From assembly GCF_009914755.1 (NCBI RefSeq), contig NC_060932.1: 64,000 nt of DNA. One strand, 5' to 3'. Positions 24,109-36,830 of this stretch are shown here, in pieces. A program made the position numbers and the translations under genes. Origin of the DNA: the human T2T-CHM13v2.0 reference genome, Homo sapiens. The notes beneath the pieces are model-generated. The model was not told the origin of the DNA, made no database searches, and worked only from the letters and a program-made list of their open reading frames with translations. Numbering within the stretch: position 1 is the stretch's first letter; the number at the start of each line of letters is the position of its first letter.

Positions 24109-25959
24109 ATGCCTTCTAGTAGCAACAATCAAAGAGAATCCAGTGACGTTAGGGAATCCTTTTAAACCTAAAGCAAGTTTGCCAATTGGAAGATGGGCAG
24201 TTCACTTAAAAGAATTTTAAAAGTCCAACTTCTTAGACATTAAGTATCAGTTAAGGCTAGTGGAGCAGAGCTTCATGATTACTTAGAAGTTTTTTTTATT
24301 TTTGAAATGATCAGTATTGTTAATTTTTAAAGTGTTAATGCTTTTAAGCCAAAACTTTCTCCTTTTTTTTTTTTTTTAACAAAAGACAAATTTGAAGCTG
24401 TGAAGGAAATTGGAAGGAGGAAGTCACTGTTGTTGTTAAGCTCTGAGAATTTTCCCAAGTGTAATTCAGTCTGTAAATTGCTTTTGTAAAGTAGATTCTT
24501 TGGAAAACGTTTGCAAAGATGTAAATAAAATGCTGTACTTTATATAGTACCTACATAGGATTGAATCTACTCACCTCAAGGGTGAACTACGATCCACAAG
24601 GACTAATTTTGTTCTTAAAAAATGTTATAACAGGTTTATGTTGTTGGTTCTGAAATGTCTACTAGAAGAATAGCTGCATGAATAGAAGAATATAATTTCC
24701 AACTCATGGAGTGAAAAGCAGCTTAATAAATCTAGTTCAAAAATCACTTTAAAATTGTTTCAAATAACCTTGGCTCACTCACAAGCTAAGTAACGTATTT
24801 TAGCGTTCAGGGGTTCTGTTTAGAGAAATTGTTAAGTGGTCCATCTGTTTTATATGTATTTCCCTAATTAGAAGCTAATTTGCACAGTTTAAGGGAAATG
24901 TCAAATGCGTTACAGAAGCCCCTTTGCATATATAAAGGAGCAACCAAGAGCAGAAAATGGAAACCAGGGTGAAACTGGGTGCTTTTACCCTCTCGATAAT
25001 TACAGGCTTATGAAGAAAGTCATGACTACCACAATGCCTGCCAAGGTGAAGAGTGGGCACATTATGGCATTCACAGTATCATGCACCTGCCTCTCTTTAC
25101 ATCTCTTTGAGGTTAATAAAGTTCATGATACTGTACACATAATGATGATCCTACTGTGCACGGGTTACTGATTTATTCAACTAGTATTCACTGAGAGCTG
25201 GGACACAATGAACAAAACAGACAGGGGCTGCCCATAGAGTATTCACAGCAAAATCTTCATCCATTATCATGAATCTCACAAAAGTCTTATGAAGTGGCTA
25301 TTATTATCTGATCTTTAGAAATAAACTTAGGGCTTGGACAGGTTAAGTGACTTGCCCATGGCTCAGTGGCTGGCATGGCAAAGTTGGATGCGGCTCCCAA
25401 ATCCTGCCCCTACTGCATTTCTTCCTAATGGTTCCCCAGGGTTTAGTAACACATCTTTAGGAATTTACTGTGAGATTCCTAAATGTCCCCATTAGTGTGA
25501 ATAGGCCAAGTCTGAAATAAATTAAGCCTTTTTTTTTAGGACCTGGGCAAAACCCTCAGGGCCTCTATACAGAGTTGCCAGATCCTCTCTTCCATCTCCC
25601 TACATCTCCCTTAATTAAAAAAAAAAGTAGATGCAAAATTATAATAGCTGTTTTCTGCATTTTCTGACTGTGACATGGTAGCTTAATTCATCAAAGTTTA
25701 ACCTTTCTTTTTGGGGGAGGCAGGGTTCCTGTGCTTTGTTTCCCTAAGCACATCCTTAATTTGCCACTTGGTGACCCAGCCCTCAGATCTGCCCACCTCT
25801 AGAAGCCGATGCTTATAAATCTTTCACCAGATTTTGAGGCCTCTCTGCTTTGTCTCTGTATCTTTTTAATCATCAATTCACGTAATTGGACGTTATGACA
25901 AGGAAGCAGCTAACATCATTCAATTTCTTACTCTGATGCCTATGTTCAGTATAAGATTG

Positions 25960-27480
25960 ATTTAGCCTTTCCTTCCTTTGTTCATTCATTCCACATTCGA
26001 GTGCCTACCATGTGTGTAGCAATATACCAGGCACAAGATACAGATGAAAAATAGAGTTCCTACTCTGAAGCATCTCAGAGTTCAGACAGGCAGGCAGAGA
26101 AGATACTAAAAAATCATTTTTAAAAATATGATAAAGGACGTGAAAGGGGTACGCAGAGAGTGCTATGGAAACAAGGAGGAGAAACCAATCCAGCCCGGGG
26201 GATTGGTGGGGTTGGAGCAGGGAGGAGGCTCTTCTGCAGAGGAAAAGATGTCTGAGCTGACTCTTAAAAAGCCAACTAAGTGATGGGCCACATGATTAAG
26301 AAAGGCATGTATTCTAGGCAGATAATGCCAAGGGCAACGGCCCAGGAGCATGGGAGAGCAGTGCACATCCAGGGATCTACAAGTAATGATAAATAGACAC
26401 ATTTTTTTCTGTCATTATTTTTGTGCAGGCTTCTATGCTAAGTGTCTTGCATACATTATTTAACTGAATTCTCATCTAAACACTGTGCAGCAGGTACCAC
26501 TCTTATTTCTATTTGAGAGTTGAGAAAAACAGAGGCTAAATAACATACCTTAGTATTAACCAAAGATAATAAGAAGTTAGGCTGGGCTTCGAGCACCAGT
26601 CTTTTGAATATCATAATTTGCCTGCTCAACCACTCCATGCCACTCCAGTAATTCTGTGTGGCTAGAATGTTGAGGCTGGGAAGGAGGCAGGGAGAGAAAG
26701 GCAAGAGATGACACAGAAAAGGTGATTTTACTTTAAAGGCTCCAGTGAGCCTCTGAAGGATTTTAAGCAGGTGTGTGCTATGCTTAGATGTGCATTTTAG
26801 AAGCCTCACTCTGTGGAAAGGATAAAGTACAGATGAGAAGAGAGCCAGATTGGAGACAGAGAAATCAGACAGGCAGCTGGGCACTGCTCCTGGTGAGAGA
26901 TGACAGGTTTTTGGTCGCATATAGTGGCGATAGAGATGGAGAGGAGAGGAGTGATTCCAAAGATAACCCTTGCAACTGATTAGAGAGAGGTGAGGATGGG
27001 ATAGAGGTAGGGTGAACGACAGTGAGGGAAGGAGTCCAAGTTTATTTTGGGGTTTCTCTTTTGGATGAATTGGTGAAGGTTGATGTTATTCAACAAGTGA
27101 TGGAGCATAAAATAATTAGGAAAAAATGATGAATTCCTTTTTAGACATGCTCAATTCAAAATGCCTAAGAAACATTAATAAGAAGACGTGTACCAGTCAG
27201 ACTGAAATATGAATCTACATAGTCATCAGCCTACACATGAAAAATCATGGGCTTGGGTAATATCAGTGTATGGAGGAAAGAAAGAGAACAAGAATGGGAA
27301 GGGAGCAGATGAAGCAAGGGTACAATTTAGAAAATGTAACATCTAGAAGGCTAGAAGAATTAGGAGACTCCATGAAGACTAAGGAGAGTAGGAGGAACAT
27401 GATCAGAAAGAAAAAGCAAGAGTTTCAAGAAGGAGGGGAAAATCTGTAGCATCCAGGACAATAGACAGCAATGTCTTGGT
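25960..27480. mobile_element. L2 fragments with an embedded MIR (~26400-26640)
   Basis: L2-like purine-rich text (ttcattcattcc...gagtgcctaccatgtg...ggatttta agcagg...gagatgacagg). Confidence 0.55.
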
Positions 27481-30324
27481 CACAGTGACCACCACTGCTC
27501 ACCAGACCCGCATGTTCCAGACACCATACCCTACCGGGTACTTATGTGAAGTCTCTCTGTTCTTAACAACATGGTTGCAAAGCAGTGGTGCTGGTGGGGA
27601 AAACAGTGACTAACTGTTGAATACCTGCTTTGTGCCTACTGTTTACTAAGCTCTTTGCACACAATACCTCATTCTTGCTTTTACAGATGAGAAATTTTGC
27701 CCGTGATAAAGATAAAGACAGGGAACACTAATTGTAACAACACATAGGGTTAAGGGAGGATACTAGGCACTGAGGATTTCTTTTCTTTTTTTGCTTCAAA
27801 ATGGAAGAGCTCCAAGTTGAGTAAGCTAGTAGCACACAGTGGCATAACACAAAAATGTATCCTCAGGGTAAAATAGTTCATAGGAAGATCACCATTATTA
27901 GTTAATAATTTTGGCCCATGGCACTTACTACTCCTGAGTCCTAATTTTGCCCTCTTCAGTTAGATAAACGATCACACAGAATAGGCACTTATGGGGAGAA
28001 GTCTCTTTCTCTGTCCTGCCTCAGCCTTCACCACAAACATCTGGTGTTACTCTTGTCTCACTGCATTAAAATTATCTATTAAAATAGTGTTTCCTTAAGT
28101 TGTGTATGTTCTGCAAAGGCAAGGCCAGTCCTTTTTATCATTTCCCCAGCTTGCCTGTCAGTTGCCTGGATTGAAGCAAGCAATCAATAAATGTCTGAAG
28201 ATAATTAAATGTTTTAAACAGCTATTTCCAATGACTTAACTATGGCCTTCTTTAACACTAGAAATTTAAATTGAATTTATCTGTCAGAATCCAAACATAA
28301 AAAACTAACTTTGACTAAGGTAAAACAGAAAAGAAAGTTTTGGAAGGATACTAGGTCTCTCAGGAAGTCGGCAGAAAGCCTCGAGATCAAGATTGGAGGA
28401 CAGGGCTGCTGAAATCACAGAGTGCCATTATCCATTTGATTAATTCATCCTCAGGGCTCCCCTGGCACTGTGGCCACACTCAACACTACACTGTGAGTGT
28501 CTACTGCCATTAATAAACTTCCCCGCACATCCCTTGATTCAGGTTTAAACACACAAGTGAAGTGTCCTATCAGCTGAGCCTAGCTCTCAGCCTGTGCTCC
28601 AGCTACCAGAGAAGAGGGAGAGGATCTCCTTTCTTTCCTTCAGAAGGGGCGAGTTCTGCCCCCAGTCAGGAAACACACCATGGGGATAGGCACTTAAAGC
28701 GGAAGGGGATTTGGATCCTAAGCTGCCAAGGCAACAAAAATGTCCACTAACCTGACTGAAAGGATTCTGAGTCATCACTCAAAAGGGAAGGATAACCTTC
28801 CCTAGAATTTAAGATATAAATAAGATAGATTCCCAGCTGTCTGAAATGGTTTAGATAATAGTTCTTCTACAAGGCAGAGATGGATTGAAATACAATATAT
28901 TCCCACACAGCTATCATCTCCTGAAATGCTAGAAATATCTTCACGTCAAAGTCTTATCATAGGAAGCCTGAGAGCTGGAATCTGGAATTACATTTCTATT
29001 TTTTTTAGGCCCTTGCTACAAAGAAGTTGCATTTCCTCCCTCAAGTCGGTTGTCTGCTGTTTGTGACTGATACTATGCACAGCAGTGAGGCATGTGTGTT
29101 TCACGAAAATGTGTGAAAACTGCTTTCAAAAATGCATGCCATCTAGATAAAAAGAAAACTATAAAAATATGTTTGGTTGCCACTTCGTAGAGCCTATTGA
29201 ATTTGTCTGTGAATGTGAATCTAATTGCCATTTTTTCTACTACAGCCTCTGTGAACATTACATTTCCATTAAAAAGAGAAGTCAGTTACAGCAGAATGTA
29301 TTCCTGTGTTCACATAGGAATCATAAAAATAAATAATGATCGGTTGATTGCTTAATAATTTATGTTTCTCCTTGATAGACCATTAGAGGAAATAAGCAAA
29401 TCCACAGGTACAGAAAATGTCATTCATTGTCAGTAAAGTGTTACAAACAGCTTCCTGTAACTGAAGTGTTTGTAACTAAAGTGTTACAAACAGCTTCCTG
29501 GTTTTGAATGATGACTGCTGATTATTCTCCTGTTCTTCATTTATAATCAGAGAAAGTCTCCTTTATTAACTATTCTTGTTACCATGGGATTGGCATAAAA
29601 ATATTATCACTTGTGTGGTTGAATTTGAGGGCTGAGGGACCCGCACAACTTGGGTTAGAGGGGTCAGACTTAAACTGCACTTGTTGCAGAAAAATCTATT
29701 CCATTCTTCATCCAATGGCAGGAATAAACAACATGTTATTTTGATAAATTCAGTAACTTGATGTTAATGGTTGACAGCCCCCCTCCTTCTCGTGGTTTTT
29801 CTCCTTCAGTGATTTGAATGACCTGTGTCTATCTGATGGGTTGACCAGTATGTTTTTTTTTTAAATGATTTTGTATCTATTTTGATGAACAGTTGTCAAA
29901 GAGAAGGGTCTATTCTCACTGTTCAGGTAAGGAAATTTGCAGTTAATTAGGAAAATGCACATAAAGATGTCAGATGAATATTCCTAAAGCACAGCTCCAA
30001 TCAATATCTCACCCCTGATTAAGTTTAATGTCTCTAACTCTCTACCTAATTAAGTCCAGAGTTCTATCCCCGGGCTTCACAGATTTTCATCCTATAGCCT
30101 CTGCCTATTTTCTGAGATTTTATTCTACTTTTTTCCTGTACTGTATGTACAGCACAGTTAAGTTTGGTGATTCTTAATCCTTGCTGCACATCAGAATCAC
30201 ATGGAAATCTTCAAACAAACAAACATTAATCCACTGGGCCCACCGCATACTAATTGAAAGTGAATTTGAGGATGAAGCACAGGCATCAGTTTGGTTTGTG
30301 TGTGTGTGTGTTTGTGCAGGGAGG

Positions 30325-30905
30325 GTTAGCTCCTTATTTTGGTTATCTATTGTTACAAATCCAACCACCTCAACACTTATTTGTATGAAACGGTATACAT
30401 TTTATTATGTTCCCAATTCTGTGGTCCAACTGTTCTGACACAGCACAGCACTGGTAGTGTGCCTTTACTCCATGATGCCTGGGGTTTTGGCTGGGACAAC
30501 TCACATGGCTAGGGATGTCTGCAAGAGCTGGGAGCTGGAGTCATTTGCAGGCTTCCTCATTGACATTTCTGCTGCTGAGGCTGGGATAATGCAAAGGCTC
30601 TGCTTAGCTATACCTGTAAGCCAGGTGTCTACACTTGCCTTTCCATATACCTTGGGCTTCCTCAAAGCATGGTGGCTTAAGGTAGAAAAACTTCCTATAC
30701 GGAAGTTCAAGAATCCAGGAGCAAATCCACTGTAAAAAGTGGAATTGCAAAGGCTTTTATGCCCCTACCCTCGGAAAGCACATAGCAACACTTCTGTTCC
30801 ATTTCATTCATTGTAGCAGTCACAATCTTTCAGATTTAAGGGGAGGGGACCCACTTCTCTATAGGAAGAATGTCAATGAATTTGTGGGCACATTTTAAAG
30901 TTACC
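30325..30905 (-). mobile_element. Old MLT1-type LTR inserted within a MER5-like DNA transposon remnant (~30170-30290 and ~30905-30955)
   Basis: MLT1-like text; flanks read as split MER5 (gctgcacatcagaatcac...ccaggtgattccaatgtacag...ttgagaacaactg). Confidence 0.55.
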
Positions 30906-32269
30906 ACACACCCCAGGTGATTCCAATGTACAGGCAGCGTTGAGAACAACTGGATTCATTTTTTTTTTTTGTAAGCACCCATCTACAAAGGAGCAGTGGG
31001 ACTTGGGTGAAGTGAACAAGACACCTAGGGTGCAAAATTTAAGAAAATCATTCTCAGGATCATGCAAGCACAGGATAGAGATTGAGAGCAAGTGCCTCCT
31101 TACATTCTGTGCTCAAGTGGCCCCACTTGCCACACCCTAGTCCTGAGCCTACTACATAGCAACTGTGTATGAATCATTAGGGTGAGGGGGACTTGGATTT
31201 CTGGACTAGACAGTACTTTAGTATTGGGATTTGGAAAGCCCAGGTAGGATCTGGGATTCTGTATGTTTATAGGAATCCCCAGTGGACTACTTCCAGCTTC
31301 CACGTGCTTTCCTGGTGCCATGCTTTGCTTACGCTGTTCCTTCTGCCTGGAAGTGTTTTCCTTCTATTTCTATCAAGCATGGAGTATCCACTGATTTTTA
31401 AGGTCCATTTCATATACCGCTTCTTTCATCAAGCTTTTATTGGTCCCCCCAGCCAGAGTGTAACCTGTCTCTCCTGAGAAACCCCTAGCATGTTTTACAT
31501 GCCTTTAAGACACTCACATGTTGATCAGCATTTTGGTTGTGTGTGGGCCTGTCTTATAGGAAGAATATGTTTACTTTTCTCCAAAGGCCACAAAATGGAG
31601 ATCTGGATCCTCCTCACCCGTTCTCACTGGTAGAGGCAGAGTCTTGTTTAGACAAGGTTCCCTCTTTTTTGCCTTATCTCGCTCCCAGATAGCTCAAGTT
31701 TGTAACCAACACATACACATTTTAGATGCCCAATAAACTGGATCTCTCTCCTGATGAAAGGTGTGGTCAGTTTCCTATTTTTACAGCCTTCGCAGAAGCC
31801 GTCAAATATTGAATAATTACCCTGGTTTAAATGCTTAAACACAGATAAGGACTTCGTCTTGTGACTTTGGGAAACTTCATATTTGAACATTACCTAACAA
31901 TCCTTGCCCCATAGCAAACGTTTCGAAGCCTACTCTAGGCAGAGTTCATAGCACCGCCTTTGTCAGCAGCACTGCCATAGGTAAGCCTCAGAACCCTCTG
32001 GGGTGAGACCGGTGTAACCATTTTACTGATGAGGAAAAGTGAGGCTTACAGGTTAAGTCCTTCGAGCGCAAGATAACACCGAATGGCTTAATCCCTACAC
32101 CAAACCAGCTGCTCCTCGATTGCTGGTATTCGTGAACCCTGCCCCCGCCTTTGGGGAAGGTCGGGCAGACAGGCCACTGGGACCAAAAGCAGAGTAGGTA
32201 GAACCTCTCTGAGTTCCTCCCTATTTATGGCATCCACTCAGGTGAGGCTGGGGGCGTCCTTACCTTGCG

Positions 32270-32850
32270 CTTTGGCTGCTCAGGACAAACGCCCTGCCAT
32301 TCGTCCCTTCTCTCTGTCCGGACGCCCTCCTCCATCCCTGCACTTGGGGCCGTCGTGGGGCTGGTAGGGGTCCCCAGGCTATCTCCAGCCGTGGCCGATG
32401 GCCGTGCCGGGGGCAGAGCCCGCTCCCCTCCGCGCGTTGCTACGTGCGGGGATGACATGGATCCAGACGCCGTCAACTACGGGAAGGAGGAGGCGAGAGT
32501 TGGAGCGCGTGGGAGCGCAGAGGCCGGAGGAGGGAGGGGGGGACACCGAGCGCGGAGAGCGCGGAGAGCGCGGAGGGAGGCGCGCGCGGGAGCGAACACC
32601 CTCCCGGATCCAGAGCCCGGCGGCGGCGAAGCAGCAGCTGCGGCCGCGCCCTTGCCAGAGCCGGTGCGTCCGCCTAGCCCCGCTCCGCCTGAGGCCGTCA
32701 GGGCTCCCGAGGATGGAAGATTCCCAGGAGACATCGCCGTCCTCCAACAACTCCTCGGAGGAGCTCAGCTCTGCTCTGCACCTGTCCAAGGGCATGTCGA
32801 TCTTCCTCGACGTAAGTACAGATGGTGGGAGCTGGGCGGTTGCTTCCCAG
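32270..32850. promoter_or_regulatory. NECAB1: CpG island / NECAB1 promoter and 5'UTR
   Basis: Abrupt GC- and CpG-rich segment in an AT-rich background; GCGCGGAGA-type 9-mer x3 near 32550-32576, half-CRE CGTCA motifs, upstream GC box CCCCGCC near 32143; contains the NECAB1 start codon. Confidence 0.9.
32713..32811 (+). CDS. NECAB1: NECAB1 (N-terminal EF-hand calcium-binding protein 1) coding exon 1
   Basis: ATG in good context (AGGATGG); translates MEDSQETSPSSNNSSEELSSALHLSKGMSIFLD, recognised as the NECAB1 N-terminus; phase-0 donor GAC|GTAAGT at 32812. Confidence 0.95.
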
Positions 32851-33299
32851 CACCTTTCTTTTCCCCGAAAGGAAGGGGTTCGGCTCAGGTGCTGACCAGC
32901 CAATGCTTTGTCCCCAGAACACAGGCGAGAACTACCGATGCAAATGCAGGAGGAACGACTGTCCCTTAACTTGCAGCTAGGGCTGTCCCAGACCTGCAGC
33001 TTGTGGCTTAACACCCTTAAGAAAACTGCAAAAGTTAGATTTTCCAACAGGCTGGGTTTCGTAGAGACACTATTGCAAATACAACAGACAACATTTGAAT
33101 GCATAGGACATTTTAAAGAGGCACAAGGTGTGGGGGGTGAGGTGGGGACAGTGTCCCAACTCATCTCTCTAACGCGCCCTATTCGCAGCCTTCACACTCG
33201 TGGATGCTCTCAAGCAACCCAGCCAGGGAAGCAGCAGCGATTGAGATGCCCTCGTTATCCTCCCCCAGACCCCCTCGGAAAACAATTACTTTGAGCATA

Positions 33300-33720
33300 T
33301 TTGTTTTTCTTTTTACAGCGGTGGGAAATATCATTTTCATAATGATTCTTTTTGTCACTGCCACCTCTTCTATTTTCCCTTTTTCTTCCCTGATATTCTC
33401 CTCCTCTCCAAGTTCTAATTACTACTGTCACCTCCATGAATTCTAGCTTTTGACTATTTTCCCTTTGGTCCAATTTCTCACTTCGGTATCGACTGCCTGC
33501 CTTCATTACTCTGATCTGATTACATCCTTTCTTTTCCTTCTGTGCTGTTTCTTTTTCCCGTATGGTGTGGTTTCTATCTTTACAGCACTTTTATTTCTTA
33601 TTTATTTCTCAATTTTGTTTTCCTCTCCTGCCTGCTGTTTCTGTTCTCTCTATTTTTCCGTCTGTTGCCTATCTCTTCTCTCTGCTTTGGGGTTTCTCTC
33701 AGCTGTTTGCCGGGCTCCAG
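33300..33720. repeat. Pyrimidine-rich low-complexity tract in NECAB1 intron 1
   Basis: Strong C/T bias on the + strand. Confidence 0.7.
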
Positions 33721-36527
33721 GCTCTCCCAGCCCCTCAGTTGTCACATTCATGCTGTTGCCGGAGGTCGTGTCTATCTCAGTGGGGACAATTCTGTCTGCT
33801 TCTTGTTTAGGCATGATAGAAAATGTCAAAGGACATGGAGGAGTGCTACGTGCTCTGTCCTTTACCCTTCTCTGAGTTATCTTTTCTTATTAAAGTCAAA
33901 ATGAGTGGGAGATGGGCCAGAAGCCAGATACATTTGTTTGTGGAGAGATGAAAATATGAGGAAATCAATTAGTATCATAATGGTGAGGCAGAGATAAAGA
34001 GGATAGGAGGATGTGAGGCGCTCTCCCAAGTTTATTTTGAATGGATTGGCTAGAATTCTTTTTAATTCTAGGGAAAGAAACTCCTATCAATAATTCAAAC
34101 TGTTGTAAGGCAAATGATAGAAGTGAGGTTCAACTGTGTGTACTGGCAGCCTTCACCCTTTATCACCTGGTGGCTCCAATTGGTGATCCAGGCATTCTGG
34201 GCTGGTCATCTCCTTCCCACCAAATCTCAGGTGTGGTCATTCCTATTCAGCCACCCAATCAGGTGGTTAAGTACCTTATCCTTCATGAGCATTTATCTCT
34301 GCCTGGCTTGGGTCAGTCAGATGGTATTATTGGTGCTCATGGCTTAACGGGCTGATCTTATTCAAGTTTTGCTGTTCAGGGCCATAAAGCACTTGAGGAG
34401 GTAAGCTGAGAGAAGAGAAGGGCACCACAACATGCCTGAAAAGTCAGGGCCCCTGGAAATCATGTCAGTTATGAGGCTGACAATTAAGGGGCCATGGAGT
34501 TGATTCAAAGGGGACAAGTGGGGCCTCCATTCATTCTGACCTGATCTTCACTCTGTCCCCCATTGAGATCAAGTGCTTCCCTGTGCTTTTTAAAAAGCAC
34601 TTAACAAACCCCGGTGATAGTGTGGAGATGAATGGATTAAAACTACACAAATGGAAAGTCATCCTCCTGACTCATACACCAGCCATTGCTTAAGTGTTCA
34701 ACTGCAATGTTTTCGAAGAGAAAATTAAAATTTCATTTTTTATTATGTATGCATGATTGTTTCCAAGTCTGTAAACAAATAGCATCAGGTCCCTGTACTA
34801 AAGGAACTTGTAGTCTGTGAATAGGGTGGTCTTGCCTTTTATATTTCAGAGATTTAAAAATAAAAATAGGAAACTGATTCCCTATGAGAGGTGTTGACAT
34901 GCTTGTTTGTCGGTAAAATGCTAGAGTCTACAAAAAAAACCTGCCATTGGATTTTGTGTCAAATGGAAAAGATTTTGTTTACACTTTTCTTTGAGTTATT
35001 TTGTGAAAAATCTAACACTGGTGAAATATGTGATATGAAAAATGATTTGTTACTTAGGGATTTGTGAATTATTCATTTCTGGATCATACCACTTTTAGCA
35101 AAATAAAATATAAAATATACATGCATCACTTTATTTATTTGATTTAATATATTCTATGGCACTAGCAAGAAAGATTACTTTTAAAATTATCTTCATATTA
35201 TAATACATAGGTGATAGATATTACCTGTTCCAAACTGGAACAGGTAATTTTCTGTGTGTCTTCTGTATCAAACAGACAATTTCCAAATTTGAGGAAAACT
35301 TTGATTTGCAGTGCTTTTTATTGCAATGTCACTGGAATAATCAATCATTTAAGAAATGATGTAAACTGCTACTGAGAACACTATTAATGACATGATACAT
35401 GACCAGCTGGTTGGAAACTAGAGACAGATTTTAACAAGAAAATCAGAGATAGATTTGCCACAACTGTTGGCTTTTCCTTCAGTATCCTCTCCAAATCAGC
35501 AATAGTAATCACTATGATACTTCCTTAGGCTGTTGTGAGTATGAAATAAGGGAAAATGGAAACAAAGCAAAAAGTATTGCATAAATTTGAAGTATTATGG
35601 TTATTTCAGTGCTGCACACTGAGTGTATTAAATAACAGTAACAGTAGCTAAATCCACAAACTGATGCAGGGACTATTTCTTCATGAATCTAATTTATAGA
35701 ATTGTCTTGCTAGAATATGACAGAATTAAGTATCGGTTCATCATAAATACTCTTGAATACTGATGGGAGGCTTAGAAAACCTAGCACTGGTGCCAAGGTA
35801 TGCCAGTGCATTGAGGCTGGAGCAAGCATTTGCATATGGCATGCCTGCCAGCCACAGGAGAGGGACTCAACTGGGTCCTGGCAACACATAGGACCACAGG
35901 GATTACTATTGCTTTTCCTTTTACACCAATGGACTATCATTTCCCCAGTTGCTGCAATCCAGTTAACAGAAGAGGAACTCTAGTTTGGAATACTAGTCTA
36001 TGTAGCATGTGTCTCCTCTTTTGAGTCATTACATTAATCAACTCCACTACTGTGAAAAGGGAGAAAAACAAACCTTCAACTCATCCCCAAAAGCAAGAGA
36101 AATTCCCAAACGAAATTAGTAGCAACTTCATCCACCCAATGCCACTTTCCTTTCCCATCAGTTTTCCTTTGATTTTTAACTGGAAGGGAAGTGACTGTTC
36201 CCCACTTCACTGCTAAAGTGGGAAAGAGGCTGGAAAGTTGTGAGGGGGATGAATGACTTTACTGCTTGTCTTCCCTTCCTTCCTTCGTCTAAGCATGCAC
36301 ACTCATGTACACTCTGAATGCAAGATACAGAGCATAGATGGTCAGGAACTTGGTGAAAACAAGAAATAGTTTCTTTTCACAAGGACACTTAATTCTGAAG
36401 CCCCATATATGCTCATTTGTATGATGTGTGAGATGCACAGAGGAATGTCGAAGCCGAATGAGTCTTCCAGATGCAATGGTTCTGTGACTGAACTCTGTTA
36501 TAGCCACACACCTCCCATCTCACCTCA

Positions 36528-36530
<3 letters not shown>

Positions 36531-36570
<40 letters not shown>
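36531..36570. repeat. (CT)n(CA)n compound microsatellite
   Basis: Direct inspection. Confidence 0.9.
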
Positions 36571-36575
<5 letters not shown>

Positions 36576-36699
36576 TCATTTGAGTGAGATTGTCCAGTTC
36601 AGAGGATGGCAGTTAACCCCATCATTGTCTACCCTCATTGGCAAGGCAAATGTCACTCTTGTAGTTATAGGAAACAGCAGAAATTAGGAAAAAAAAATT

Positions 36700-36830
36700 T
36701 AATGCATGCTGGGCTTAATACCTAGGTGATGGATTGATAGGTGCAGCAAACCACCATAGCACACGTTTACCTATGTAACAACCCTGCACATCCTGTACAT
36801 GTACCCCGGAACTTAAAAAATTTTTAAAAA
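36700..36830 (+). mobile_element. Short L1PA 3' end
   Basis: gggcttaatacctaggtgatgg...gcagcaaaccaccat...cacgtttacctatgtaaca...gaacttaaaa. Confidence 0.85.

Noticed and set aside
28990-29142. Minus-strand exon starting after the acceptor-like TTTTCTTTTTATCTAG
   Set aside because: Only a weak donor follows and all frames contain stops.
32876-32897. REST/RE1 site near NECAB1 exon 1
   Set aside because: Only the GGTGCTGA half matches; the other half is poor.
32265-33164. Long ORFs of 234 aa (+) and 261 aa (-) across the CpG island
   Set aside because: Typical stop-poor GC-rich frames overlapping the true NECAB1 exon; no recognisable protein.
33450-33904. Hydrophobic membrane-protein-like ORFs
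   Set aside because: By-product of the T/C-rich low-complexity intronic tract.
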